From the human T2T-CHM13v2.0 reference genome, Homo sapiens, in the NCBI RefSeq assembly GCF_009914755.1, contig NC_060925.1: a stretch of DNA of 64,000 bases, one strand, 5' to 3'. A model generated the notes under the pieces. It ran no database searches, had not been told where the DNA came from, and saw nothing but the letters and a program-made list of their open reading frames with translations. The position numbers were made by a program, and so were the translations under genes. Shown here piece by piece: positions 16,240 through 30,214 of the stretch. Position 1 is the first letter of the stretch; each line of letters starts with the position of its first letter.

Positions 16240-16365
16240 AGCTGGTAGCTCATGCCTGTAATCCCAGCATTTTGGGGGTCCAAGGCAGGAGGATCACTTG
16301 AGCCCAGGAGTTCAAGACTAGCCTAGGCAATACAGTGAGAACCCATCTCTATAAAAAATAAAAAT
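16240..16365 (+). mobile_element. FLAM_C / Alu left monomer
   Basis: ctcatgcctgtaatcccagc...ggatcacttgagcccaggagttcaagac followed by an A-rich tail. Confidence 0.8.
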
Positions 16366-16428
16366 AGAAAACAGGTTCAAGCTGGAGAAATAATTTGGGG
16401 ATTATAGTTCATAGAAAAAGAACAATGG

Positions 16429-16753
<325 letters not shown>

Positions 16754-17499
16754 TTATTGTCGAGGATATAGGAAAGTAAGTATTTTCATATGCTGTTGGT
16801 GGAACATGTGTAAAGAAATTCGGCCTTTCTGGTGGGGAGGGAATTTGACATATAAGTTTACCTTGTGTGGCACTACCCAAGCAACACAATTTTTCATAAT
16901 AATTTGTCTCGACTAATTTTTGTATTATGATACACACATCTGCGAAAGATGGTAAAACAGGTGTTACAATTCAAAACAGTCCTGTGTTCAATGTGTATAG
17001 TCATGATAGATATAAAAAGATAACAAAAATGCATACACAGACCCCAAAGCAAGATGAGCGTTTCTGTGGAGCACAAATGGAACGCTGAATGGGTCTGAAT
17101 CAATTGCTGGGCTCTTATCCAAAACTAAGCAGTAGCAGCCAGGAGCTCAGCTCCTGCTAGTAAAGGGAACCATAAATGCACCAAGCAAGATAAGAGACTG
17201 GAGCCTGGTCACTGTTTCAAGCCAAAAGTCCTCACTCCCAAAAAGAAGCTGAAAAAATATAGCGATTAACTGGATGCTGGAGCCGGTACTTCAGAGGAAA
17301 GTGTGCATCTGAGGTGCCTGCCGACCAGAAACTGAGTCAGCCTGTCCACTGTCTTGCAGACTGACTCTGTGAGGCCTGACATCACAGTGGAACATCCAAA
17401 TACCATGATAAGACCTATTGGTGGACTCTGGGGGGCTGGGGGCTGGGTGCAGAAAACCACAAAAGTACACTCAAGAGAAGCAGTGGAAAACATACACCT

Positions 17500-19280
17500 A
17501 CTCAGGATGCGTCTACCACCCAGAACACATGAAAAAAACTATGTTAAGAAAGACTATTAACAAAATTAACAGTTGGAACACAGATTCATGCAAGATGAAA
17601 TTAAGTTTTAACCAGATGACAATGAATTTAAAATAAATATACAGAGAGTGGTTAAAAAGATCAAGACATAACATTTAAAAAGTAGGGGCCGGGTACCGTG
17701 GTGAACACCTGTAATCCCTGCACTTTGGGAGGCCGAGGCAGGCGGATCACTTGAGCCCAGGAGTTCAAAACCAGCCTGGGCAACATGGCAAGACCCTATC
17801 TCTAAAAAAATAAAAATTAAAAAATAAAAAATAAATTTTTTTTTCATTAGCCAGGCATGGTGGCACACACCTGTAGTCCCAGCTACATGGCAGGCTGAGG
17901 TGGGAGGATCACTTGATCCCAGGATTTTTGAAGCTACTGTGAGCCATGATCATGCTACTGCACTCCAGCCTGGGCAACACAGCAAGACCCTGTCTCAATC
18001 AATCAATCAATAAAGTAGGTAGATATGACTTAAGAGCTGATATAACAAATTTAGAAATCTTGGAAATAAAGTCAATGAATTATAAAATATCAACAGATAG
18101 AATAACTGGACTGTACTCAGTAGCATAAAGAAGTAATGAATTAAACAAGAGTTCTCAGTTTACCCAGAGCCCAGCACAGAGAAAGACAGGAATCAAAACA
18201 CACGCTCATGAAAGACAGACTGAGAGACACTGACATACATCTCAGAGGAGTTGTAGAAGAAAATGGAAGAAAGGATGGAGCAATATTTGAAGAAATATTT
18301 GCTTTAATTTCCCAAAATTAAAGAAAGTCAAGTCCTTAGCTCCAGATATGGAGTAGGATTAATCCACATACATTCAAAATTAAAGTGAACCTGCAGAAAA
18401 TCCTGAGACTAAAGGTAAAATCTTAAAAGCTACCTTAAAGATAGATTGCGCACTAAATAACACAAACTGACAGCAAGCTTCTCATCAGAAAAAATATAAG
18501 CCAGGGAAAATGGAATAATATTTTTAAATGCTGAGAGGAAATTACTATCAAAACAGAATTGTATAACTTACCAAATAGTTACTGAAGAATGAAAGCAATA
18601 TAGGAATTGTCAGTCTTACAGGATATATGAGTTTCCTATCCACAGACTTTTATTAAGAGTTATTAAGGTGTATACTTCAACCAAAAGGAAAATGAACCCA
18701 GGGAGAAGTTATAGGATCTAAGAAAACTAGTGACTCATAATTTAATAAATATATAAACAAACACAATCAAGTACAGATTGTAAAAAAAAAAAAAAAAGTT
18801 TCAAAAGAAAGCAAAAACAAACTCTGGGAACAACAAATTGGTATAGTTCAGTGGGTAGTTACAACATATTCTTGGAAGTGGTGTGGAGATACTAAAAATT
18901 TTAACTGTACATTTTAAGAAATTATAGATAACATCTAGAAGAACAGAAATACAGTCGCTATCTTCCTAACCAGCTGAGAAGGGGTTGGGTGGGAAATAGG
19001 AGATAGAGAAAAAATGAGCAGTGCAGCAGAAGGCAGGAAGGAGAAGGGAAAAGTATAAATGAAAATGAAAAATCTAGAAATAAGTCCAAATATCCAAATA
19101 TGAGTGAGCAAAATAATGGATTAAGTTCACTTATAAAAAGAAAAGGGTGATTAGTTTGGATTTTTAAAAATTCAAAAGGCAGAAACCTAAAAAAATTATA
19201 AGAGTAAAAATAGAGATTAAAAGATAATATAACACAAATACCCAAAAAAGCTGGTAGCGTAATGTTAATATTAGATAGCA
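17500..19280 (+). mobile_element. ancient L1M (ORF1/inter-ORF remnants), interrupted by AluJ
   Basis: A-rich degenerate L1 ORF1-like sequence (gcaatatttgaagaaata, aaaatcttaaaagc, ccagggaaaatggaataatattttt); boundaries approximate. Confidence 0.5.
17687..18012 (+). mobile_element. AluJ
   Basis: ggatcacttgagcccagg in the left arm, gtgagccatgatcatg; (ATCA)n tail. Confidence 0.85.
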
Positions 19281-19894
19281 TTTAGCCCTCCCATCTTCAA
19301 GAATACACTCTTTATCTAAACAAGGTATATATTTGAGTTTTCTAATATGCACAGGTTCTTGTAACCACCACTACAAACAGGATACAGAAGAATCTCAACA
19401 CCCCAAAGAATTCCTGGTGCTGACCTTTGCAATGAACCCGCCAACCTCAGCCTTTAACCTCTGATCTGTTCTATGTCCTCATCTCTCTGTCCTATTTTTC
19501 AGAATGCCATGTAAAATCAGATAGTATGTAACCTTTTGAGACTAACACACTTTTTAGTAGCAAAACTCCCTACATGCATGTCATCATGGGAATGTCTTCA
19601 GTAAATTATAGCACATCCACAATATGTAATTCCATGGCACTTAGAATGAAGTAGATCTCCAGGTGCCAATCTATTAACATCTCCAAGACATACCATGAAA
19701 GAGAAAAACTCAAGGTGCAGGAACAATACATATAGTAAGATCTTATTTGTTTATGTATTATATACATGTAAATGCACAGATACAGATCTGGAATGGTATA
19801 CACCAAACTTATCAGGGCTCATGAAGGAATGGCAATGGGGATAGGAAAAGGGAAAGGGAGGACTCTACCTTCTGTGTTAAAAATAAATGTTTTG

Positions 19895-20717
19895 CACATG
19901 AAAAAATGCTCACCATCACTGGCCATCAGAGAAATGCAAATCAAAACCACAATGAGATACCATCTCACACCAGTTAGAATGGCGATCATTAAAAAGTCAG
20001 GAAACAACAGGTACTGGAGAGGATGTGGAGAAACAGGAACACTTTTATGCTATTGGTGGGACTGTAAACTAGTTCAACCATTGTGGAAGTCAGTGTGGCG
20101 ATTCCTCAGGGATCTAGAACTAGAAATACCATTTGACCCAACCATCCCATTACTGGGTATATACCCAAAGGACTATAAATCATGCTGCTATAAAGACACA
20201 TGCACACGTATGTTTATTGTGGCACTATTCACAATAGCAAAGACTTGGAACCAACCCAAATGTCCAACAATGATAGACTGGATTAAGAAAATGTGGCACA
20301 TATACACCATGGAATACTATGCAGCCATGAAAAATGATGAGTTCATGTCCTTTATAGGGACATGGATGAAATTGGAAATCATCATTCTCAGTAAACTATC
20401 ACAAGAACAAAAAACCAAACACCGCATATTCTCACTCATAGGTGGGAATTGAACAGTGAGAACACATGGACACAGGAAGGGGAACATCACACTCTGGGGA
20501 CTGTTGTGGGGTGGGGGGAGGGGGGAGGGATAGCATTGAGAGATATACCTAATACTAGATGACGAGTTAGTGGGTGCAGCGCACCAGCATGGCACATGTA
20601 TACATATGTAACTAACCTGCACATTGTGCACATGTACCCTAAAACTTAAAGTATAATAATAATAATAAAGAAATTTAGGGATTAACCAAAAATAAAATAA
20701 AATAAAATAAAATAAAT
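19895..20717 (+). mobile_element. 5'-truncated L1PA2/L1PA3 (ORF2 C-terminus, 3'UTR, short transduction, tail)
   Basis: ORF2 end ...[10 protein letters not shown]; 3'UTR diagnostic gacGAGttag (not L1HS ACA/ACG); TSD aaataaatgttttg at 19881-19894 and 20718-20731. Confidence 0.93.
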
Positions 20718-20730
20718 AAATAAATGTTTT

Positions 20731-21020
20731 GGCCGGGTGCAGTGGCTCATGCCTGTAATCCCAGCACTTTGGGAGACTGAGGTGGGTGGATCGTTTTGAG
20801 CACAGGAGTTCGAGACCAGCCTGGGCAACATGGTAAAACCCCATCTCTACAAAAAAATACAAAAATTAGCCAGGCATGGTGGTGCAGGCCCGTGGTCCCA
20901 GCCACTCAGGAGGCTGAGGCTGGAAAATTCTTTAACCCGGGAGGTGGAGGTTGCAGTGAGCCAAGATCACGCCACTGCACCCCAGCCTGGCAACAGAGCA
21001 AGACCCTGTCTCAAAAATAA
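20731..21020 (+). mobile_element. AluJb/AluS
   Basis: Dimeric Alu with (AAAT)n tail. Confidence 0.88.
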
Positions 21021-22358
21021 ATAAATAAATGGTTTTTTTAAAAGACAGATTTATGGTAGCAAAAAAATAAAATACATAGACAGACATAACTTAATAATGC
21101 ACAAAATCTATGTGAGAAAACTGTAAAACACTCTTGAAAGGCACAAAATTAGATGCAAACAAGTGAAAACACACACCATAAGGAGGAAGAATCAACATCA
21201 TGTCAGTTCTTAACTTATAAAGTGATCCCAATAAAAATACTACTAGGGTTGTTTTTCCTGTATCTACGTAATCTGATGATAAAGTTTATCGTGAAAGACA
21301 AGCACAAATTTGAGCACTTATCACACTAATTACTGATTTATATGTCTCATTCCTGTGCTTGACTTTGAAGGGCTTTTTGTTCTTGTTGGTATCCCAAATA
21401 TAACAACTGACATATAGTAGATACTACTGCAGAATGACTTTTCCTGAGGCACACTCAGAATTCAGCATTTATGTTCTACATGTCTGGCATGTAATAGATA
21501 AGCTGCCTTTGTTTATATGTTCTTTGTTATTTCAGGCAGTTTCTCTGAAGCTAAGTGGTTTTATTTTGTTTTAACCTCAGCCCTTTGGTGTCTCATTCAT
21601 GCAAATGTGGTACCTTTTCAACTAGTTATCACAGGTGGGTTCTGCTTTTTCACTTCCATACTTTTCTGGCAACTGCCTAAATAAGTGTCATCCTGATGTG
21701 TCTTAATGATTCTAACAAAGGACTAAGACTTAAATAACATACATCATACAAAAATGTAGCCATAAATATTATGACTTAAAATAGTGAAAATTTCTATTAA
21801 AAGGCCCGAATTTCACGTTGACCATTCAAGGTATTTCAGTATGCAATAGAGCATGCACATACTCCACTTACAGTGCATCTCTAAATCTGATTGTTACCAT
21901 TTAAAACATTTGATTTCTCTTCCTAGATTCGAACAGCATTTTCAGGCAGGTTTGGATGGGTTGTTTCTTTTTTAAGGAAGCTTGAATTTTGGCCTATGCT
22001 TCCCTTGAAACCCTTCCCCTCCCCCATAGAAAGCAAAAGCAAGAAATTCAGCTTATTTCATTGACCTTAGAATTGAGGAAGGATCTTCAAGATCCTCTTT
22101 TATCTTTTCAAAAATAGCTGTTGTGTTTTCTCAACATGATGATTTGCAGATCAGAATTGAAGAATCCAAATTTTAGTGAATCCATTTAACCAATTATTGC
22201 AACCCTTGGGTTTCTTTTCCATAAGTACTGCATAGATATTATCACAGTTGTGGAACAAGTTTATGTGTACATTTTTTTCTCCAAGGACTTTAATTGGGAA
22301 GCCTTGAGGAGTATTTTATACTCCTGGATGTCAGTCGTTCCTAAAGATCCAGAGGATA

Positions 22359-22720
<362 letters not shown>

Positions 22721-22867
22721 TTAGGTTCCCATGGTCCCAGTTTCTGCTTCCATGGAAATCTTTAGATTACAGATTTTTACCTAGCCCAGGTAAACTCTGT
22801 ACAGCTTTGATCCCAGCATGAAATTTGCTGTGATTTCTACAAAATGCATTCATAAAAGGTGTGGCTG

Positions 22868-22907
22868 GTGTGTGTGTGTGTGAGTGTGTGTGTGTGTGTG
22901 TGTGTGT
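22868..22907. repeat. (GT)n microsatellite, one interruption
   Basis: About 20 GT units read directly. Confidence 0.95.
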
Positions 22908-23802
22908 AGCAGATTTTACTAAAGATTTGAGAAAGATTGAAAGGTATTTCTATCTCAAAATAGAAATAATGAGCATATACTCCAGCCACCTGCTGTATGG
23001 CTTGACCTAATTTTCTTCTTCCCTTCTAACCTGTCCGTGCTCTCCTGATTCACCTCCTCCTACTTCCAAGCCTGTTCACTCCAATGTAAAGTAGGCAGTT
23101 TAGCTGTCTCTTTGTACCTTGGCTTAATCTGACCCTTGCTCTCAGTGTCTCATTCTTCTGTGTCCCTCTCCTCCTCCTTCACTTAGACATTTTCCTTTCC
23201 ATAAATGATTTCATTCTAAGAATTCTGAGAATTCTTATAGCAGCTTTTAGAATATTAACTTTTCTCACTTTTATGCATTTTGGATGAGGTTCTCTTGTTC
23301 ATTTTGATTTTTTCCTTCACTTCTCCCCCCAGTTTCTTCCCCCTTTTTCTCTCCCTCTTCCTACATAAAGGCACCACGTAACTCCATTCTCAAGCCTTTT
23401 TCCTCCAAAGGCAGCTGAGAGTTGTCCTTGAAAGAAAATGGCGGAATTGCTCCATGTGATAATGTGTGTGGATGAGCTGCTGGTGATGCACTGAACCTCA
23501 AGGCTTTGTAGAAGGGGATGCGGTTGGGCACTTTCTCCCTGCCCCTACTCCAAGCACTCTGTCTTAGTCCTGTACCAACAGCCTGGAACCCTACAACTAT
23601 TCTTTTGAGATTTGTTTTGCAGCCTTTCTTTAAGGCTTGTTTTGCACCCTGATCTTTACATTACTGGGTAAAGAAAAAGAAACGTGAAGTATAGGTCTGA
23701 TTAGGCAGACTTCTCAAAAGGATAGGACAGATAAAACAAAAATTTCCTAATTCTCACAGGCTGCTGTTACAAAGATATGGCAAAAACACTGTTTAACCTT
23801 TT

Positions 23803-23848
23803 GAAGAAGAAGAAGAAGATGACGAAGAAGAAGACAAAGAAGAAGAAG
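23803..23848. repeat. imperfect (GAA)n repeat
   Basis: gaagaagaagaagaagatgacgaagaagaagacaaagaagaagaag. Confidence 0.85.
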
Positions 23849-24419
23849 CTGCCTGCCTTATTTTTTTTCTTATTTTTCTCTTTGAAAATACTGATCCTTT
23901 TCCCAGTTCTTCCCCACATTGCAGTGTTCAGAAATACAGTCTCTATTTAACATGGAGGGTAACTTCCTCTCTCTTATAGCTATTGCACTGTTTAAATCTT
24001 CATACTGTTTACTGTTGGACCTCCTAACCTGGCTATTTATTTTTGTAGTCCTGGATTTGACAGCCAGCCCTCACATTCTTTTGGAATTCTACTCAGAGAT
24101 GCCTCTCTGCAGGAGTCTTCTTGTGATGTGTTCCCTCAGCAACATGAGATGCTACTGTTCTTAGTAACTAGATTCCAGTATTTTTTTTTCTACTCAGCGC
24201 TCGTTTCTGGGTGATTAACAGCTTTTGGAAAATAGATTACTGTCTTTATTCTCCTGAGATTTGAGTAGGCACACTTCAAAAAATATCTTCATGAAGGAAT
24301 GAAAGGGAAATATGAAGTCAAAAGAGTGAACAGAACTTCTGGAGATTGCCTGTGGCATAAGCCTCCTACGCTGGGCTGTTCTCTACAAAGCCATCCTAGC
24401 GGAAGCTAGGTGAAATGAG

Positions 24420-24770
24420 AAGAATGTGGGGAGTCGTGGAAGAACACTAGGCTGGAAAGAAAAGACAGGTTTAAATTCCTGTTCTGCCATTTCCTAGCTG
24501 CGTGAACTTGTGCAGGTCACTGAAGTTTTCTGAACCTTGGTCAGTTTCTTCTTCTGTAGAACGGAGAGAATGTGACCTACTTCTCCAGCATGGCAGATTC
24601 CAGCTAATTAGACATTTTTGTGCAAAATATAAAAACGCAGTTGCACTGTGTGGACATAACCCCAAGTGCACACAGCTGAGTGAGAGGTACACAAGCTAGA
24701 TTTCAGCCTACACTTGCCCTTCACCTGGGCACCCTGGTACAGTGCATAACCTAAAATCCTGTACAGCAGC
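24420..24770 (+). mobile_element. MIR followed by MER91-like hAT fragment
   Basis: MIR core gtgaacttgtgcaggtcactg...cagtttcttcttctgtagaa; then gggcaccctggtacagtgcataacct...tgtacagcagcc. Confidence 0.45.
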
Positions 24771-24884
24771 CAAGTTCCTTAAGTCCACCGTCTTCTTTCA
24801 TTAGGAGCAAGCCCGGGGGAGGGTTCAGGCAGGGGTACAGAAATGGGGCCCACTTGGTTGCTTTGCAGGGACTTAGCACCTTAA

Positions 24885-25282
<398 letters not shown>

Positions 25283-26089
25283 TGTATTTTCATCATATCA
25301 TTAACAATATCGTATTAACAATAGTTCAAGGGTGTCAGTCTTGAAGAATGTGCTCAAGGAAGCACATTCCTTTTCCCTGCTGATCTCTGGCCCCCTCCCT
25401 CTGCCTACTTCCCAAGTTGTTGGAGCATTAAATGAGATCATGAACAGGAAAGCATCTGGAACATGATCCCAAGCCCTTCTCTTTTATGTTTCTTCAAGAT
25501 AGTCTAGTATTTGTCTAGGCTTTCTCCTGGTGGTTTTGTTTGTTTTTTATTCCAGGGGTTTCCAAAGTATGGTGCTTGAATCCCGAGAAATATGATGAAT
25601 GCTCCATTGAGATGTGAAATAAAAGTGAAAACTTTTCTTTATATTTATTTTAAACATGAAATAAGTTAGCTTTTTGATTATTTGACATATTGATTGATGT
25701 GGATATGCAGTACCTATAGGAAGACATAAATATAGTGGGTAGGCATACTCAACATTTTCCTCTAAGTAATAGAAATGTTTGAAGACCACTGCTGAATTCT
25801 CACATCTCAGTAGCCACCAAATCCTCTAAATGCAATCACATTTGTTGTTCTTACCTGCATTCTTTTGATTTAAATAGTAAATAGTTGCCCCCCTGCTTTA
25901 TCTTCCCAAGACAGAACTTTATAAATCTTGTGGTGAAACCTCCTCTCTTCCCGCAGCCTCATTTCTTGTTATCTGCATAGGACATGGCAAGCAGTAAGCC
26001 TTTTCTGTAAAATGTGACTTGTTTGTGCAAAATAATTTGTTAAGATAAAGTCAAATTGGGATCCCTCTGGCTTAATCCTAGACATTCAG

Positions 26090-26300
26090 GAAAATACGAA
26101 TATGGGCTCTGGGTCTAGGTGATTCTGAGCTAGATGACATTAGGCAAGTTATTTACCTGAGTCCATGCCTCAGTCTCCTCATCTATAAAATGGAAATAAT
26201 AAGAGTACTTGATGTCATCCGATTAAGATGGCAATTAATAGAATTAATGCCCATGACTTTATGAAAAGACGGTCAGCTGCATATTAAGCATAACAGAAGT
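26090..26300 (+). mobile_element. MIR
   Basis: ggcaagttatttacc...gcctcagtctcctcatctataaaatggaaataata. Confidence 0.7.
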
Positions 26301-27320
26301 TTGCTGCTGTCATCACTATAATCACCATCTTCATCTTCATCCCTAGAAGAGGTGTCCTGCACACCCAGACTGATACAACCCTGAACTAGAAGGACTATTG
26401 GCAATTTTGGATTCACTCCCTTTCTCAGAAAATATACACTGGTGGTCTTCCATGTACCAGACACTTTACTAAGTGTTGGGTGCTTCACTCTGTCATCAGC
26501 CTCATGCTTCTATATGGTAGGCTGCTAGTTCCCTTGTCACCAGCTCGTGGTCACCTTACTATGCTATAGCAGACCACTTTACAACGGGTTCAGTTTCTAT
26601 GCCTATAATCAAGGTAAAGGACTTTGATGTTGCAAAATCACTAACCACTGCTGGTGCAGAATCACTAAACATTGTGGATTTTCAGCCATTTGACATTTTA
26701 AGGTACAAATAGACTTTCCCTGCGTTATTAATTCCACATGTCATTGCTGAATACTCTTTGGTTATTCTTCCTTTGAAATGTCAACTTTTTGTTCATAGAG
26801 TTCTACTAACATAGGCCTCCTCCTGAAGATGATTCGTCTAGGTTTATTCAATGTGTATTCTGTCACATCCTACCTTATCTTCAAAAAGGGTGCATTCATT
26901 CTCTCTTTCCCAAATTGCAATTTTTTGAGTCTGCTGGACATTCTTACAGCTTAATATTCTTTTCAACAAACTGAAACGTTGGTGGAAGGATGGTGGTTCT
27001 CAATGTAATATTTTGTGTGTAACGCTAGCAAATCTAAACAATTATTTTACTGTTGAACACTTCTGTATTTTTTTATCTCTCTCTGAAGGAAGAGTTTTTA
27101 TAAAAGCTTAGCAAAATTTCCATTAAATTCATTCATATTGATCTATACATACAGTCTAGAATATGTGTAGAAAAAGAAGGGGAAAACAAGACAGGAATTC
27201 CTTTCATAGTTCCTCCTTCTTATCTTTCTGCTTCTCATACACAGACTGATACAATCTTTGAGGACATCTAACTCAAGATTGAGTCTGAGAAGATGATATA
27301 CTTCCCAGACTGATGACTGA

Positions 27321-27654
<334 letters not shown>

Positions 27655-27940
27655 TAAAAATACATGAATGTTCCCTAAATATTTATTTTCTTGTGAGTTG
27701 TTCTATGACCTGAAAAACCACTGTTTTATGTCATAACTTAGACATGATGAACAAAGTCAGATATTTCATTTTTCCAATATATGAGCTAAGAATAAAATCT
27801 TGATGCTGGAATTGAACGTTGTATTCTCCAGGCAGAGGAAATGGACATTTATTGGATGTTACTGCTGCTTTCTTTGCAGTAATGACATTATGAAAGCTCT
27901 TTGAGTAATATAATTTGAAAATATTATTTCCATGTTTCAG

Positions 27941-30214
27941 GTCATGCAAGACAAGATAATCTGCCTTCCGAAAAGAGTGCAGCCTGCTCAGAACCACTCT
28001 TCCCTTTCGAATGTCTCTCAAGCAGTTGCCAGTACCACTCCACTGCCTCCACCTAAACCATCTCCTGCTAACCCCATCACTGTGGAAATGAAAGGCCTGA
28101 AGACAGATTTGGACCTTCAGCAGTACAGCTTTATAAATCAGATGTGTTATGAGCGAGCCCTCCACTGGTATGCCAAGTATTTCCCTTACCTTGTCCTCAT
28201 CCATACCCTGGTCTTTATGCTCTGCAGTAACTTTTGGTTCAAATTCCCTGGTTCCAGCTCCAAAATAGAACATTTCATCTCCATTCTGGGGAAGTGTTTT
28301 GACTCTCCTTGGACCACACGGGCTTTATCTGAAGTGTCTGGGGAGGACTCAGAAGAAAAGGACAACAGGAAGAACAACATGAACAGGTCCAACACCATCC
28401 AATCTGGTCCAGAAGGCAGCCTGGTCAACTCTCAGTCTTTAAAGTCCATTCCTGAGAAGTTTGTAGTTGATAAATCCACTGCAGGGGCTCTGGATAAAAA
28501 GGAAGGTGAGCAGGCTAAGGCCTTATTTGAGAAGGTGAAGAAGTTCAGGCTGCATGTGGAAGAAGGTGATATTCTATATGCCATGTATGTTCGCCAGACT
28601 GTACTTAAAGTTATCAAATTCCTAATCATCATTGCATATAATAGTGCTCTGGTTTCCAAGGTCCAGTTTACAGTGGACTGTAATGTGGACATTCAGGACA
28701 TGACTGGATATAAAAACTTTTCTTGCAATCATACCATGGCACACTTGTTCTCAAAACTGTCCTTTTGCTATCTGTGCTTTGTTAGTATCTATGGATTGAC
28801 GTGCCTTTATACCTTATACTGGCTGTTCTACCGTTCTCTACGGGAATATTCCTTTGAGTATGTCCGTCAGGAGACTGGAATTGATGATATTCCAGATGTG
28901 AAAAATGACTTTGCTTTTATGCTTCATATGATAGATCAGTATGACCCTCTCTATTCCAAGAGATTTGCAGTGTTCCTGTCTGAAGTCAGTGAAAACAAAT
29001 TAAAGCAGCTGAACTTAAATAACGAATGGACTCCTGATAAACTGAGGCAGAAGCTACAGACAAATGCCCATAATCGACTGGAATTGCCTCTTATCATGCT
29101 CTCTGGCCTTCCAGACACTGTTTTTGAAATCACAGAGTTGCAATCTCTAAAACTTGAAATCATTAAGAACGTAATGATACCAGCCACCATTGCACAGCTA
29201 GACAATCTTCAAGAGCTCTCTCTGCACCAGTGTTCTGTCAAAATCCACAGTGCGGCGCTCTCTTTCCTGAAGGAAAACCTCAAGGTCTTGAGCGTCAAGT
29301 TTGATGACATGAGGGAACTCCCCCCCTGGATGTATGGGCTCCGAAATCTGGAAGAGCTGTACCTAGTTGGCTCTCTAAGTCATGATATTTCCAGAAATGT
29401 CACCCTTGAGTCTCTGCGGGATCTCAAAAGCCTTAAAATTCTCTCTATCAAAAGCAACGTTTCCAAAATCCCTCAGGCAGTGGTTGATGTTTCCAGCCAT
29501 CTCCAGAAGATGTGCATACATAATGATGGCACCAAGCTGGTGATGCTCAACAACTTAAAGAAGATGACCAATCTGACAGAGCTGGAGCTGGTCCACTGTG
29601 ACCTGGAGCGTATTCCTCATGCTGTGTTCAGCCTACTCAGCCTCCAGGAATTGGACCTGAAGGAAAACAATCTGAAATCTATAGAAGAAATCGTTAGCTT
29701 TCAGCACTTAAGAAAGTTGACAGTGCTAAAACTGTGGCATAACAGCATCACCTACATCCCAGAGCATATAAAGAAACTCACCAGCCTGGAACGCCTGTCC
29801 TTTAGTCACAATAAAATAGAGGTGCTGCCTTCCCACCTCTTCCTATGCAACAAGATCCGATACTTGGACTTATCGTACAATGACATTCGATTTATCCCCC
29901 CTGAAATTGGAGTTCTACAAAGTTTACAGTATTTTTCCATCACATGTAACAAAGTGGAAAGCCTTCCAGATGAACTCTACTTCTGCAAGAAACTTAAAAC
30001 TCTGAAGATTGGAAAAAACAGCCTATCTGTACTTTCACCGAAAATTGGAAATTTGCTATTTCTTTCCTACTTAGATGTAAAAGGTAATCACTTTGAAATC
30101 CTCCCTCCTGAACTGGGTGACTGTCGGGCTCTGAAGCGAGCTGGTTTAGTTGTAGAAGATGCTCTGTTTGAAACTCTGCCTTCTGACGTCCGGGAGCAAA
30201 TGAAAACAGAATAA
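27941..30214 (+). CDS. LRRC8C: LRRC8C last coding exon (aa 47-803): extracellular loop 1, TM2-TM4, intracellular loop, leucine-rich repeat domain
   Basis: 760-aa ORF 27932..30214 minus the 3 intronic codons. Contains LRRC8 motifs DLDLQQY (L105), [45 protein letters not shown], extracellular Cys 54/115/293/308 and tandem LxxLxLxxN repeats. The 803-aa total and C-terminus EQMKTE match LRRC8C. Confidence 0.98.
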   Translation, partial: VMQDKIICLPKRVQPAQNHSSLSNVSQAVASTTPLPPPKPSPANPITVEMKGLKTDLDLQQYSFINQMCYERALHWYAKYFPYLVLIHTLVFMLCSNFWFKFPGSSSKIEHFISILGKCFDSPWTTRALSEVSGEDSEEKDNRKNNMNRSNTIQSGPEGSLVNSQSLKSIPEKFVVDKSTAGALDKKEGEQAKALFEKVKKFRLHVEEGDILYAMYVRQTVLKVIKFLIIIAYNSALVSKVQFTVDCNVDIQDMTGYKNFSCNHTMAHLFSKLSFCYLCFVSIYGLTCLYTLYWLFYRSLREYSFEYVRQETGIDDIPDVKNDFAFMLHMIDQYDPLYSKRFAVFLSEVSENKLKQLNLNNEWTPDKLRQKLQTNAHNRLELPLIMLSGLPDTVFEITELQSLKLEIIKNVMIPATIAQLDNLQELSLHQCSVKIHSAALSFLKENLKVLSVKFDDMRELPPWMYGLRNLEELYLVGSLSHDISRNVTLESLRDLKSLKILSIKSNVSKIPQAVVDVSSHLQKMCIHNDGTKLVMLNNLKKMTNLTELELVHCDLERIPHAVFSLLSLQELDLKENNLKSIEEIVSFQHLRKLTVLKLWHNSITYIPEHIKKLTSLERLSFSHNKIEVLPSHLFLCNKIRYLDLSYNDIRFIPPEIGVLQSLQYFSITCNKVESLPDELYFCKKLKTLKIGKNSLSVLSPKIGNLLFLSYLDVKGNHFEILPPELGDCRALKRAGLVVEDALFETLPSDVREQMKTE

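Noticed and set aside
23803-23848. GAA run as an acidic coding exon or disease-type expansion
   Set aside because: Short and interrupted, with no convincing exon frame.
27932-27940. ATG at 27932 as the start of a 760-aa protein
   Set aside because: It lies within the acceptor (catgtttcag). The true start is at 1710, which supplies the conserved LRRC8 N-terminus.
27731-29205. Minus-strand ORFs of 180, 80, 86 and 84 aa overlapping the CDS
   Set aside because: Antisense shadows of a long coding exon, with no recognisable domain.
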